64,000 nt of DNA from an uncultured Verrucomicrobiae bacterium (GCA_963706955.1 CAVPOC010000004.1:32001-96000), one strand, 5' to 3'; positions 19,774-31,939 are shown, counted from the stretch's first letter. The notes: a model not told the origin generated them from the sequence alone. A program made the numbers and translations.

Positions 19774-20574
19774 GACTCGGTCTTCGTGAAAAACCTTCGT
19801 TGCTTTTCGCTGATTGGCTTCCCGAGCCTCTCCAGCACTTGCAGCATGTCTTCCCAGACCTTGCGCTTTTCGACCACGGATTGGTTGCGCAACAAGTAGG
19901 CGGGGTGATAGGTGGGCATGACCGGGATCCCGTGAAAATCCAGCCAGCGTCCCCGCAATTTGTTCACCGCTGTCTTGGCGCCGAGCAAGCCCTCCAGGGC
20001 GGTCGCGCCTAAGGCCACCATCACGCGCGGTTTGATGAGCTCGATTTGCTTTTCGAGCCAAGGCAGGCAGGTCTTCATCTCTTCAGGAGTCGGCTTCCGA
20101 TTCCCGGAAATACCCGGCGGCATGTCAGGACGGCATTTCAGGACGTTGGCAATGTAAACGTCCTCGCGCCGAAAGCCCATCGCCTCGATGATCTTGGTGA
20201 GAAGTTGCCCCGCACGCCCGACGAATGGCTCGCCTTGAGCATCCTCATCGGCTCCAGGCGCCTCGCCGACAAACATGAGTTCGGCCTTTGCATTGCCAAC
20301 GCCAAAGACAACCTGAGTGCGACTTCTTGCCAGATGCGGGCATCTGACGACAAACCAGCGCCGCCTCACGTAACGCCGCAAATACGCCCTCGTGTGTCGG
20401 ATCGCGAGATGCTCCATCGGCTGCTGGTTCAGGAGTGCGCGTCTCACGAGTTGGAGCTGTCTTCAGTTTTTCGAGGGACTCGCTCGAAACGGTCGGATAA
20501 GGTCCGAAACCATCCTTGATTCGGGTGAGAATCGACAGAGTTTCTCCAAGGGCCTCTTGAAAGGAGTCTTTCAC
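19770..20574 (-). CDS. Uracil-DNA glycosylase family 4 (Fe-S), frameshift near 20350
   Basis: 'LMFVGEAPGADED', 'PFVGRAGQLL', 'NVLKCRP' and 'TYHPAYLLRN'. Confidence 0.92.
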
Positions 20575-20616
20575 GGGAGATCTTTCGCAAATCGGACGCT
20601 CTGCACTCAAGGTTTC

Positions 20617-23124
20617 TCAGATGAAAATCGGCCACAAGTTCGTCGCCGGGCGGTGAACTATCCGGCCGATGTCCGCCAGTGAGCGCATCTTCAAGGTCCG
20701 CTTGATCTCGGCAAGAATGGCTGCTTTTTCCGTGCGCAAGCGGACTTTGCGCATTTCTCCCGGATAGAGATCGAAGAAGTTGTCATCCAGCTTGTGCGCG
20801 AGGCCAGGAAGATCCACTTGAACGGCGTGTTGAAAGACGCGCGATTGAAAACCTAGTTGAAATTCTCGTTGGCTGGTCCGTTCAACGGTGGTGGAGATGG
20901 GAGCGCGCGGGAAGTCGATAAAGCGCGGAGCGGTGAAAAAGACCGTATCCTCGGAGACGGCTCCACGCTCGGTTTCCAATTTGATTCGCAGAACGATACT
21001 GCCCGCGCCATAGGTCTTCAGCTTTCGTGAGAGGTCGAGCGTTTTCTGCCGATGCGACTGCCCGTATCCGAGAAAGACACTCTTCTCCCCCGCTTCGAGG
21101 AGACGGCCATCGAGGTGAAAGAGGGACCAACTCAACAAGCCGGTAGTCTTCCCCGGCGCGTCGCAGACGGTGTGAAGATGAATCTCCCGAATGTTGATTC
21201 TCCAGATATTTCCCATGCCGGTCCGCTCTTCTCCGGGAACGTGGGCCGAGACGAGCACCGGCGCAAAGAATCGCCGCGCGGCAAAGTGGAGCGCTTTCCA
21301 GCGGCCGCCAAATTCCAAACTGCTCCATGAAAATCCCGGCCAGCAATCGTTCAGCTGCCAGTATAAGGCGCCCATGGTGCGCGGCATGGAGCGACGAAAA
21401 TGCTCTACCGCCACTTTCATGCAGTAGGCTTGATTAATTTGCGAAAGGTAGGCCATCGAGGCGTAGTCGCCAGCCAGACGGTATCTGCGCGTGACGTACT
21501 CCTTGATGATGAGATTGCCTGACTGGTTCTTTTGATGGTTCTCCATCGCCGGCCCAAATGCATCAAATTCCTCCGGCAAACAAAACGTTGCCGCAACCTC
21601 GGGCGAACTGAACGATTGCATGCCGAATTCCGAGCAAAAGCGGAAGGCCGTTTTCTCGTAGCGTTTCACCGGTTGCCTGGCATGCCAGACCTCCCAAAAG
21701 TGGCTATCGCCCGACTTTTCGTTGTTGGGATCTTTCGTATAGCCTTCGGGGTTATGCGGTGAACTCGGCCAGTACGGAGTTTCCCCGTCGTAGCGGGCGA
21801 CCGCCTCGGGCAGGATTTGGTAGAAGATTTCCTCGTAGGCCTTTCCTGCGCTGAGCAGTCTTCGTGATCTCGCTGGCGATCTGCTCGATTTCGTTGTTTC
21901 CGCACCACAATGCCAGGCAAGCGCGATTGGCCAGTCGCTTCACCTGATGTTCCGCCTCAGCCTTGACTGTCGCGAGAAATTCTGGTCCTCCGGGATAGAT
22001 CGCGCAGGCGAACATAAAATCCTGCCAGACGAGCAATCCCTTTTCGTCGCAAAGGTCATAGAAATCTTCCATTTCATAGATTCCCCCTCCCCAGACGCGG
22101 ATCATGTTCATGTGCGCCTGTTCGGCGCTCGTCAGCAAATCGTCATAGTCCGCGCGGGTGACGCTACTGACAAAGCTATGCGCGGGAATCCAATTCGCGC
22201 CCTTGGCGAATACCGGTCTGCCGTTTACCACAAACTGAAAGGTCTCGCCGAATTCATCGGGATGGCGATCGAGCACGATCGTTCGAAGTCCCATGCGAGC
22301 ACTCCAGCGATCGAGGACTTCCTGGCCATCGACAAGCTCGAGACGCACATCGTAAAGGGGATGAGCCCCTTGGCCGTTCGGCCACCACAATTCAGGATTC
22401 TTGATCTCAAATTTGAGATTGGAGATTTCAGCGACGATCTCGGCAGATCGCGAGATGACGCCGCGTAGCTCGCCGCCGTCGCCCGCTAGCCTTGGCGTCA
22501 ATGCTTGCCAGCACGACCTTGCCTTCGTGCTGCTGGGTGATGCGAACCGAATCGAATGCGGTTTCCCGTCCACCCCTCCAAGCGGATCGGCTTGTAGATA
22601 CCACAGGTCGCGAAGCGGGGTCCCCAGTCCCAGCCAAACGAACATTGTTCTTTTCGAATGGACGATCGACCCCCGACCGGATCGTTCCATTCGGTCTTTT
22701 CCCCGGATTTGCGCCGGGCCCGAATGTAGGCAATCGGGCTGCCAAAGCGGATCTCGAGAATGTTTCGGCCGGGGCGCAGCGCCTGCTTTACGTCGAAACG
22801 GTGCGCCACGAACATATTCTCCGTCCATCCGATGTTCTCTCCGTTGAGCCGGATGCTGGCGACGGTGTCGAGGCCCTCGGCGACGAGTTCAATATGCTCG
22901 TAATCGCAGAAGTCGGCCTTCACGGCAAACCGGCATCGATAGCTCCAGTCTTCTTCCTCGATCCACTGGAGCTCCCTTTCGTTGGACCCCCAGAAAGGAT
23001 CGGGTATCCGCTTGTGCCTGAGAAGGTCATTATGGATGCAGCCCGGAACCTTGGCCGTGAGCCAGTGGCTCGACTTCGGCTCGAAGAACGCCCAGGCGGT
23101 CAACGGGAACGTTTCCTTCTGCAT
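20617..23124 (-). CDS. GH2 beta-mannosidase (several frameshifts)
   Basis: '[13 protein letters not shown]', 'FAKGANWIP', 'RVWGGGIYE', 'WCGNNEIE', 'SEFGMQS' and 'YWQLNDCWP' spread over successive frames. Confidence 0.9.
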
Positions 23125-23231
23125 TAGAAAGAGAACTAAGTCCGGTGGTGCCGTCCGAGGAAGGAAAAACCGCCGTCCCGAGCAGAGGCTTTTCTTTTCG
23201 CGACGTTGGCGTATGAGTTGCCAGGCAAGCT

Positions 23232-24221
23232 ATGTCTGCTGTGATTTCTCATTTGATCGTCGAGCCGGACGATGGTGTCGAGCCGGTGCGCAATCTTATC
23301 AGTTCTGCGGAAAAGAGTCTGCTGATCAAACAGTTCACTTTTTCTGAACCGACTTTGCTCGAAGCGGTCACTGACCGCAAGAACGCCGGGGTGGAGGTTC
23401 GCGTGATGTTAAATCCGAAGCGCTCAGGCGGCGACCGTGCCAATGATGACACCTACGATTACTTCAAGAAGAATGGCGTGAGCGTCCAATGGGCCAACCC
23501 CAAATTCTACGTAACCCATGAGAAGTCAATCGTGGTGGACGCAAAAACCGCTCTGATTGCCACCTTCAACCTCTGTGTGAAGTATTTTACTCAAACGCGC
23601 GACTACGGCGTGGTGACGCGCGATCCGATCCGAGTCGCACAGATCATTGAGGGGTTCGAGGCAGACTGGGAGCATCGTGATTGGCTTCCCGATCCTGATA
23701 CCGGTTTGCTTTGGAGCAACGCAAATTCTCGGTTGCGCATGTCGCACTTTATCGACGACGCCAAACACAAGCTCGATGTTCAGCATCCTAAATTCGTCGA
23801 TGCGGTGATCCTCGATCGTCTCCTGGCTGCAGCCGATCGGGGCGTTCACGTGCGTGTTCTCTGCGGAGGTAAGCATGGAATCAGCGATTGGGATGTTCTT
23901 GATACGTTTTCCTCGCTGCGGGTGCTCAAACGCTTTGGGGTGAAGGTCCATAAACAAAAGAACCTGCGACTCCATGCCAAGCTGCTCATTGCGGATGAGT
24001 CCCATGCTCTCGTCGGCTCAATGAACATCGATCGCAGCGCCTTCGATCTCCGCCGCGAACTCGGCACGACGGTCAAAGAGGAAGCAGTCGTCAAGCGACT
24101 GATGGAAGTTTTCGACGCGGATTGGGACCTTTCGCACGGGTACGATGCTCCGGATCCGCTCGATCCCGAGAAGCACAAGGAAACCGACTTTCCGCATGAC
24201 CATGAGCTAAGGCATGAGTGA
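23232..24221 (+). CDS. Soluble phospholipase D-superfamily protein with two HKD motifs
   Basis: 'HEKSIVVD' and 'HAKLLIAD...GSMNID'; no N-terminal TM segment. Confidence 0.9.
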   Translation: MSAVISHLIVEPDDGVEPVRNLISSAEKSLLIKQFTFSEPTLLEAVTDRKNAGVEVRVMLNPKRSGGDRANDDTYDYFKKNGVSVQWANPKFYVTHEKSIVVDAKTALIATFNLCVKYFTQTRDYGVVTRDPIRVAQIIEGFEADWEHRDWLPDPDTGLLWSNANSRLRMSHFIDDAKHKLDVQHPKFVDAVILDRLLAAADRGVHVRVLCGGKHGISDWDVLDTFSSLRVLKRFGVKVHKQKNLRLHAKLLIADESHALVGSMNIDRSAFDLRRELGTTVKEEAVVKRLMEVFDADWDLSHGYDAPDPLDPEKHKETDFPHDHELRHE

Positions 24222-24774
24222 GGCGGTGCGGCGCGCAAACCCCAGCTTGCTCGAGCTCGCGCTGACGTTCAACCATATTGCCTTGGCTTCCTTTGGCGGA
24301 GGCCTTTCCGCCTGGTCGCGCGAAGTCATCGTCGTCGAGAAAGGTTGGATGGCAGAGGAGGAGTTCCTTAGCGCCATCACGATGTGCCGCATCCTGCCCG
24401 GAGCCAATCAGGTGAACCTGGCGGTTTTTGTCGGAGCAAAGTTCCGTGGAGTGCTCGGTGCGATTGCGGCGGTGATCGGATTATCGTGCGTTCCCGTACT
24501 TATTATTCTCGGGCTGGGCTATGCCTATTTTCAGTTCCACCACCTGCCGGCGCTCCAGAGCGTGCTTCGCGGCGCCGCCGCCGCCGCGGTTGCCCTCACG
24601 TTGGCAATGGCCATCAAGACCGGCCGAAAATGTCTCAGGGGCGTGATTCCCTTGCTCCTCTTTGCGGCAATTTTCGCCATGAATGGTTTGTTCCGCTGGC
24701 ACCTGCTTCCCTGCTTGGCCTTGCTGGCGCCCCTTAGTCTCGTTTGGGGTTGGCCGAAGTCAGAAAAACAATGA
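24214..24774 (+). CDS. Short-chain chromate ion transporter (CHR family), subunit 1
   Basis: 'ASFGGG' and 'EEEFLSAITMCRILPGAN'; hydrophobic. Confidence 0.9.
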   Translation: MSEAVRRANPSLLELALTFNHIALASFGGGLSAWSREVIVVEKGWMAEEEFLSAITMCRILPGANQVNLAVFVGAKFRGVLGAIAAVIGLSCVPVLIILGLGYAYFQFHHLPALQSVLRGAAAAAVALTLAMAIKTGRKCLRGVIPLLLFAAIFAMNGLFRWHLLPCLALLAPLSLVWGWPKSEKQ

Positions 24775-25323
24775 GCGCTCGAAACTCTACTGCGGATCCT
24801 GCTGCTTTTTAGCTCTCTCTCGCTGCTCTCGATTGGCGGGGGCAATACAGTTCTGCCGGAGATGCACACCAAGAGCGTCGTCGACTACCATTGGCTGACG
24901 GACAGCCAGTTCGCAGATGTCTTTGCGATCTCGCAGGCGGCGCCGGGACCAAGCATCCTCATCGTGACACTCATCGGTTATAAGGCCGGTTTGTCCGCCG
25001 GAGGGGAGTTGGTCGGAATCGTCGGCGCTTTGCTTGCCACCGTGGCGGTGATGACGCCGGCGGGTTTGCTCGTGTTCTTTGTCGTGCAGTTCTGGGAACG
25101 TGCCAAGGACTCCAATGTCCGTCGCGCCATTGAGAAAGGTTTCGCCCCGCTGACCGTCGGACTGGTCCTGGCCAGCGGTTATGTCATGAGCAAGGCGGCT
25201 GATCAGGACTGGCGTGCCTATCTGCTCACCGCCGTCTGCACGGTCATCTTTGTCTTCACCAAGGTAAATCCACTGATTGTGGTCGCAATTGCCGGGCTCC
25301 TGGGGTGGCTGGGTCTTGTCTGA
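24771..25323 (+). CDS. Short-chain chromate ion transporter (CHR family), subunit 2 (frameshift near 24780)
   Basis: 'LLSIGGGNTVLPEMH' and 'QFADVFAISQAAPGP'; ATGA overlap with subunit 1. Confidence 0.88.
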
Positions 25324-25337
25324 CAATCGGACCCAAA

Positions 25338-27012
25338 TCATACAAGGCACCAAAAGCATCGTCCGGCGGCGGATCCCCCGGTGGCTTGGACCTCCGGCAG
25401 GTCGGCCTTGCGCAAAGCGAGCCACTGGACGTCGAGCGAAGGAGCAATCTCCTGCCAAGCCGCGCCTCCGATCAGTGCTTTTCGAAGAAGATCGAGGTTT
25501 TGATGGTAATTCAATCCGTGACTCCAAAGATGGCCTTCATAGCCACAGGCGACCTTGCGGCCCAGCAGGAGCAGAGGGTGGTTGTAGTCCGGCACGCAGG
25601 CGAAACGAACTTCTGGCGGAATGCCGGCGAGTGCGTGCTTCCATGTGTCGAGTTCGGAGCGCCGGGCGAGCGCGTATCCATGGCGGGCATCCAAACCGCC
25701 GATTAGCGAGACCGCTCCTGAAAAGAAGAGAACAACGCAAACAGCGACACGCGCCGCCAGGTTCATTTTGGCAATTACCTTAGTCCAGAGATATGGCGCG
25801 ATCACCAGCCAGCTCCAGAGCATCAATTTCATGTTGTCCCATTCCCAGGGAGCAAATGAAACGATGCAGCAGAGAGCAAAGATGCACACCGCTGTCCAAA
25901 CAAAGCAGCGCGCTTCGTTATCTTTGCTCAGGAAAAGCATAAATGCGAGCACCAGAGAAAGAGGCAATGTCGAGGCCAAAATTCCAGATCCACCCCCACA
26001 GGTTTCCTCCGGCCACCCACCCCGGAGCCCACCGAATCGCGCCAGCCATGGAGAAGAAGCCCGTGACCAGGAGGATAGAGAGAGTCGCCGGGACCAGAGC
26101 GAGTGCCACAAAGGCGAGGAGCTCTCGCGGAGCTCCAGCGGCCAATGGATTCCACGACCGCGCCGCCGCCAGTTGAGCCGCAAATATTGCCGCCAGGAGA
26201 AGACTTAGAAATAAGAAAGCATGAATGTTGAAGAGAGGAAGGCTCGCGTAGATTAGAAGTTGCAACCAGACCGGAATAACGTGTTTGCGAACCTCGAAAG
26301 TAGCGCTCCCGCCATGCGTAGAGAAGAATTAAGCCGGAAGGCAGCGCCATAAGCAGGCCGCGCTGCGTGACGAACATGGAAAGGAAGAGATTTTTCCAGA
26401 CCATTTCGCTTTGAAAGTCCTCGATCTCGAGGGTTCGCAGAACTGCAAATCCGGTAAGCCCACCGTTGAATAAGAAAGCGGCAAGTCCGAATGCCCCGCC
26501 CCAAAGCCAAAGCGCATATCCAGTAAGGGCAGCCCCGGCCAGGCCCGTCCAGATAAGGCCAACGAATGTGTCAATCCCTAAGACCTCGAGCACACTATTG
26601 AAAAGGTCTGAGCCAAGCGGATATGTCAGCGGGGCATTGCTTAGGATGGAGCTGTCGGGCCAAAAGGCGATTCCGCTGGCCAAATAGCGGATTAGATTAA
26701 GATGGAGGGAAAGGTCTCCCAGATTGTTCGGCGAAAGCACGCAAATCTCATCGCCGCGTGTATAGACAAGCCACAAGAAGGCGCGCAACGAGACAAGAGC
26801 AAACACGATCAACATTAGCCAATCCCAGAAGCGTGCTTTGGGAAGCGTAGGCGGACCGGTGGTTACCCAAGCGGCCAGCGCGACCATGGTTGCGCAAATA
26901 AGTGCGCCGGCGGCGACATGGGTGTTCAGCCCGGAGCCGAGGAAGGCAAGCAGAACCGTGCTGACGACCACCATGGTCGCAAAGGCCAGCGCCGCGGAGC
27001 AAGGAACTTCAT
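25338..27012 (-). CDS. Polytopic membrane protein, putative GT-C-fold glycosyltransferase (frameshifted)
   Basis: Many TM segments; first loop 'NNLGDLSLHL...PLTYPLGSD'; 'WEWDNMK' and C-terminal 'GYEGHLWSHG'; ATGA overlap with the upstream gene. Confidence 0.6.
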
Positions 27013-28554
27013 TGCTGACCCTGAAAGAGCGGAGGAGCGCCTGCGAACCAATCGTCGAAGGTCCCTTTGGCGAAGTAAACTACACATTCTTCCTGCGAAT
27101 CCCGCAGACGAAATCTCCGCTTGTAGTACTCGCGGGTAAGCCCCGCTTCGATCTTCTCCATTTGACCTACCTCGGCCACCACAAAGTCAGCGTCGAGAGG
27201 CTCAGGAGGCTCATCCTTCTTGTAGTAGCCAATTCGGGTAAAGTCTCCCAGCATCCAGGGTAGGGGATAATAGCTCTCCAAGAGGATATGTCCTTGAAGA
27301 TGATAATAGCGCGGATCCTTGCCTGCCATCTCAAGAAGTGGCTTTGTAAGGGTTTGAATTTCTGGAAATGTCTGCACGTAGACATAAGGCTCGCGCTCGT
27401 CGGCAAAGTGATAGAAGTTCAGCCGAACCGGACAGCACGGTGCTGGCCGCAAGGGTCACCACCAGCACGAATCTTGGCCATGGCAGGGGGCAGTGTCGTA
27501 GCCGAAGGGTTTTGTGGCTGCGTTGCGCGAAGGCCCCAAACAGGAAATAGAACGGCCAGAGAATCGAAATGATGCACCACGGGGTCTTATAAGGAATCAG
27601 AGAGTAAGCCAGCAGAACCCCACAACCATAGATCGCAAGGTATCTAAGACGCGCGTCCGAGGGAAATATGTAAGCAAAGCAAAGGACGAGACCAAGCAGG
27701 GCGGGCCATTCATAGCGGGCCATCAGCGCGATCCAATAGATAGTTAAATGGCCCGATTTGATAGCGTCGACTTTTCGTGTCCAGCGGCAGCTACCCCGGT
27801 GTGAAACCAAGCCGCAAAGGTCTCGTAGAGGCCGCCCAAAGCAGAGAAATCCAGGAATGTGCCCGAGTAGAAGAATATTATCGTGAGTGCAGCGAGTGCC
27901 GAACTATTGGCGAGGTCGCCCCAAGACCAGTGTTGCGGCGAAATCGGCAGGGCCGGTTGCGATGGCGACACCTTCTGCACGAGACTGAGGACCATCCCAG
28001 CAAGCAGGAAGCTGCCAATGTGAACGACATACGTCTCCTTGGTTAAAATCATACCGGTGGCTCCGGCCAGCAGCATGAAGAGGAACCGACGCTCGCCCTT
28101 TGTCCAAAGGCCAAGCAAACCGGAATAAAAGATTAGCGAAAAGAGAACCAGCCAGGATTCGTGGATCGAATAGCGGCCGTAAAATACGTAAGCAGGTGAG
28201 ACCGCCATCGCCAGTGCAGCAATGCGAGCGGTCGTGGCGCCGAAATGCTCGCGAAAACGAAGAGCCGCCCAAACCGCGAGCAGGCTTGCGATGATCGCCG
28301 GCAGTCGCAAGGCCCACAGATTTCGTCCGAAAAGGGTCTGCGACAAGAAAGAGGACATAAAAGTGCAGAGGTCCATGGTAGTTCGTCGGATCGTAGCGAA
28401 AGTAGCCGGTCCGCTCCATCTGATCGGCGAACCACCCGTTAACCCCCTCGTCGAAATGCGCCGGCTTGATGTCAAGGAGCACAATCCGCAAGCCGGCAGC
28501 GATGGTGAGAATTCCAATATCGATCCAGGAAAGTCGTTTGAGCCATCCGGTCAC
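27009..28554 (-). CDS. PMT-like GT-C membrane protein (TIGR03663/Agl23-like), frameshifted
   Basis: 'HFDEGVNGWF', 'YDPTNYHGPL', 'TKET', 'YSLIPYKTPW', 'PYVYVQT' and 'YYPLPW' across frames. Confidence 0.75.
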
Positions 28555-28581
28555 GCGATTGGGATAGTGTCCGTCCGAGCG

Positions 28582-29177
28582 CTATTCAAGTCCCGCCACA
28601 AAGCTCCGGATTCTTTCCAGAATATGCTGGTCGACGTCCTCCTGGGTTTGATTGCTCGCTTTCAGTTGGCTCTTGGTAACATGAAGGGAGTGGTCGCCGC
28701 CGTTCACGACCAGCACCTCATTCGGCGCGCACATTCCCGCGCGAACCTTGTCGAGGAGCAGGAGCGGACAGAGCGGATCGCGCGTTCCTTGGACGAAAAG
28801 GATTGGTGTCCGAATCTCCCTTAGCACTTCGTCGCGGAGTTTATTCGGATCTCCACCGCCGCAAAGCGGATATCCTAAACAGACGAGAGCGGGCACCTCT
28901 TCCTCCAGCGCAACGTGACATCCAACTCGCGAGCCCATGCTCTTGCCAATCAGCACTACCGGACCTCGCGGACGAATCGCGCAATTGCTTCAAAGCCCGC
29001 CGATGCGCAGCGATCAGCTTCGGCAGTGGATCAGGTCGCCTTTCTTCCTTCGACCATATAGGGATAGTCGAAGGCCCGCACCACGCCGATTGTGCCCAGC
29101 AAGCGTGCCCACCGAAGCATCCAGGGACTGGAGCATGGAGCCCCGGCACCCGGCGCGAGAAGAAAACTTACTGCCAC
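28582..29177 (-). CDS. Alpha/beta hydrolase (KANL3/Tex30-like), frameshifted
   Basis: 'APGAGAP', 'FDYPY', nucleophile 'GKSMG', 'CLGYPL', 'QGTRDP' and 'GDHS'; GTG start at 29177. Confidence 0.82.
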
Positions 29178-29323
29178 AATCCCCTATCCTGTACGTTATC
29201 CGGCAAGGTATGCAAATTCCCGTCGAATCCACCGGCAACTCCGCAGGATTCGCCTCCGCGCGCCTGGAGATCAAGTGACTGCTTTACAATTCTCGGCGCG
29301 CGCCTGACGCTCAAGTACCGCTA

Positions 29324-30059
29324 ATGATTAAACTCGGAGTCAACATCGATCACGTGGCGACGTTGCGCCAGGCGCGGTATCGCGAGATGCTCGACTCGCC
29401 CAATGCGGAGCCGGATCCCGTCGCGGCAGCGCTTTCCGCGGAGCGGGCCGGCGCGCACGGCATCACGGCACATCTGCGAGTTGATCGCCGTCACATTCAG
29501 GAGCGCGACGTCCGCAGTTTGAAGGAGCGCATCGCCACCAAGCTCAATCTGGAAATGGGCAATTCTCCAGAGATCGTTGAAATCGCGCTCGACATCCTGC
29601 CTCATGATGTCTGCCTCGTCCCTGAGAATCGTCGGGAGGTCACGACCGAAGGTGGCCTTGATTGCGCCGGACAGAAGGCCTCGCTGCGCCCGACGATTAC
29701 GTGTTTGCGGGAGCGCGGCATCGTTGTGAGCATCTTCATTGATCCTGAAGAAGCCGCAGGTGATGGCCGCGGCGGACCTTGGCGCGCAGTTCATTGAACT
29801 CCATACGGGTGCGCTGGCCAACAGCTCAGGCGCCGACAGGGAGATCGAACTCGCACGTCTCATCAAGGCGGCAGAACTGGCTCACGGGGCCGGATTGGAG
29901 GTCAATGCGGGTCATGGAATCAACTACGAGAATATCCACAATGTTCTCCGAATTCCTCATCTCGTTGAGCTCAATATCGGTCACTCGATTGTCTCACGCG
30001 GAATTTTCGTCGGTTTGGAAGCAGCTGTGAGAGAGATGCTTCATTTGATGAATGGATGA
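29324..30059 (+). CDS. pdxJ: Pyridoxine 5'-phosphate synthase (frameshift near 29750)
   Basis: '[15 protein letters not shown]', 'TTEGGLD', 'ELHTG', 'NAGHG' and 'ELNIGHSI'. Confidence 0.95.
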
Positions 30060-31344
30060 ATTTCGATCAGTTTCTCACGGGCGAGCTTGAAAGAATTCAG
30101 CGAGCCGGCCTGCGGCGGTCACTGCGCGTCGTCAACTCTCCGCAGGGGCCGGATGTCTTGCTGGAGGGGCGCTGGCTAGCAAACTTTGGCTCGAACGACT
30201 ACCTTGGACTGGCGGCGCACCCGAAGCTGCGCGACGCAGCACGTGAGGCTCTCGATGAGGCGGGGACTGGCTCGGGCGCCTCACGGTTGATTTCAGGGAC
30301 GCACACCCAGCATAGCCGTCTCGAAGACGCGCTGGCGCGATTCAAGCGGACGGAGGCTGCTTTGAGCTTCTCGAGCGGTTATGCGGCGGCCCTCGGCACG
30401 ATTCCGGCTTTAGTTGGCAAAGGCGACGTCATCATTCTGGACAAGCTTAGCCACGCCTGCCTGGTGGATGGTGCGCGTCTTGCAGGGGCATCCCTTCGCG
30501 TGTTCCCCCACAATCGACTCGATAAATTGGAAAGCCATCTGCGCTGGGCCGTGCAGAGTTTTCCGACGGCGCGAGTGCTCGTCCTGGTCGAATCCGTTTA
30601 CAGCATGGATGGAGATCGTGCTCCGCTCAGGGAGATCGTCGAATTGAAAGAACAATTTGGTGCCTGGCTTCTCGTCGACGAGGCTCATGCGATTGGGGTC
30701 GTCGGCGAACAGGGGCGCGGATTGGTCGATGAATTCGGCCTTGCCGATCGCATCGAAGTGCAAATGGGGACGCTGGGAAAGGCCTTGGGCTCATCAGGAG
30801 CCTATATTTGCGGACGCGCTGCTCTTTGTGAATATCTGGTCAATCGTGCCCGCAGTTTTATTTTCTCGACTGCTCCACCACCGCACTGCGCCGCTGCCTC
30901 GCGCGCAGCGAGTTGAGCTCCTCGACTCCATCGAGGGTGAACGACTCGTGCAAAAGCTGCACGATAATACCGCGCTGCTGGGCGCGAGCCTATCTCTGCC
31001 AGCGCACAGCGCGATCTTTCCAATCATCCTCGGCGATGGCGAACTTGCTGTTCAAGCCTCAGCGTAAGCTCTTGGAAGCCGGCTTTCTTGTCCCGGCGAT
31101 ACGCTATCCCACCGTTGCTCGCGGTTCGGAACGACTGCGCGTAACCGTAACTGCGGCGCACGAGATTGACACCATCGAGCGCCTCGGTTCTCACCTATCG
31201 GAGCTTCGAGGCGGCGTCCAAAAGACGGAGATCGACAAGCCGCGGATTCGAACGGACTTGATCTCCTACGGCGGAGCCGTCGGAAGGCTCGCAGCACCGG
31301 TGGCGGATTGGATGACTCCGGTGGCGCCGGATGCGGCGCCCTGA
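30056..31344 (+). CDS. bioF: 8-amino-7-oxononanoate synthase (frameshifted; 3' end uncertain)
   Basis: 'SNDYLGL', 'GSGASRLISG', 'SMDGD', 'DEAHA', PLP-lysine 'TLGKALG' and 'AIRYPTV...RLRVT'. Confidence 0.88.
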
Positions 31345-31939
31345 AATCGGCTGAAGTGCCGAGCTGCCAAGCCCTGTAAATGGCTCGGCGAGCGAACCGG
31401 CCATTCCTGGCTGCGAGAACATCGGGGTGAAAGGCGTATCGGATCCGCTCGTCTTCTCGTCAGGATTCGTGGAGCCTGCGGCTGATTTTTCGCTTTTCTT
31501 GGATCCAAGTGTCTTTTCATACGCCGCAATGACCGGTTGAAATGCGGCGATTTCTCCCAGACGAATCTCGGCCAAGGAGCTTCCATTCGATTTGGAGTCC
31601 TTTGCCGACCGGTTATCCGTTTTTGAATCTTCCAACGCTTCTTTGCGCTCGTACCAGAGGCGTCCATCCTTGGAGCGATCCTTGTTCAGTCCATATTTCT
31701 TGAAATCGGCATCTCCCAGTTGGGCTATTGGCAATCTGGTGATGCCCGAATCGTTCGAAACGCGAATCGTATAGTCGTCAGTAACCTCGACGATTCCAAA
31801 GAACTTGGTTCCGTTCAGCGTCGTCACGGAGGTCTTCTCTGGCTTGGGGGACTTCGCACCATCATCCGTTTGCGCATAGAGTGGAACGCAAATCGCAACC
31901 GCGCCTCCTAACATCAACAGCAGCCTCTTGCACGTTCAT
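31266..31939 (-). CDS. Hypothetical secreted protein with Lys/Ser-rich and Gly/Ala-rich low-complexity segments (frameshifted)
   Basis: Signal-like 'LLLMLGGAVAICVPLYA-Q', then a small beta domain 'VTTLNGTKFFGIVEVTDDYTIRV'. Confidence 0.6.

Noticed and set aside
23232..24221. PLD protein as an anti-phage nuclease
   Set aside because: No helicase, methylase or other defence gene is adjacent; context is a transporter operon
30056..31344. bioF as a serine palmitoyltransferase (sphingolipid synthesis)
   Set aside because: 'GSGASRLISG' and 'TLGKALG' fit BioF, it is coupled to the cofactor gene pdxJ, and no ACP or ceramide synthesis genes are adjacent
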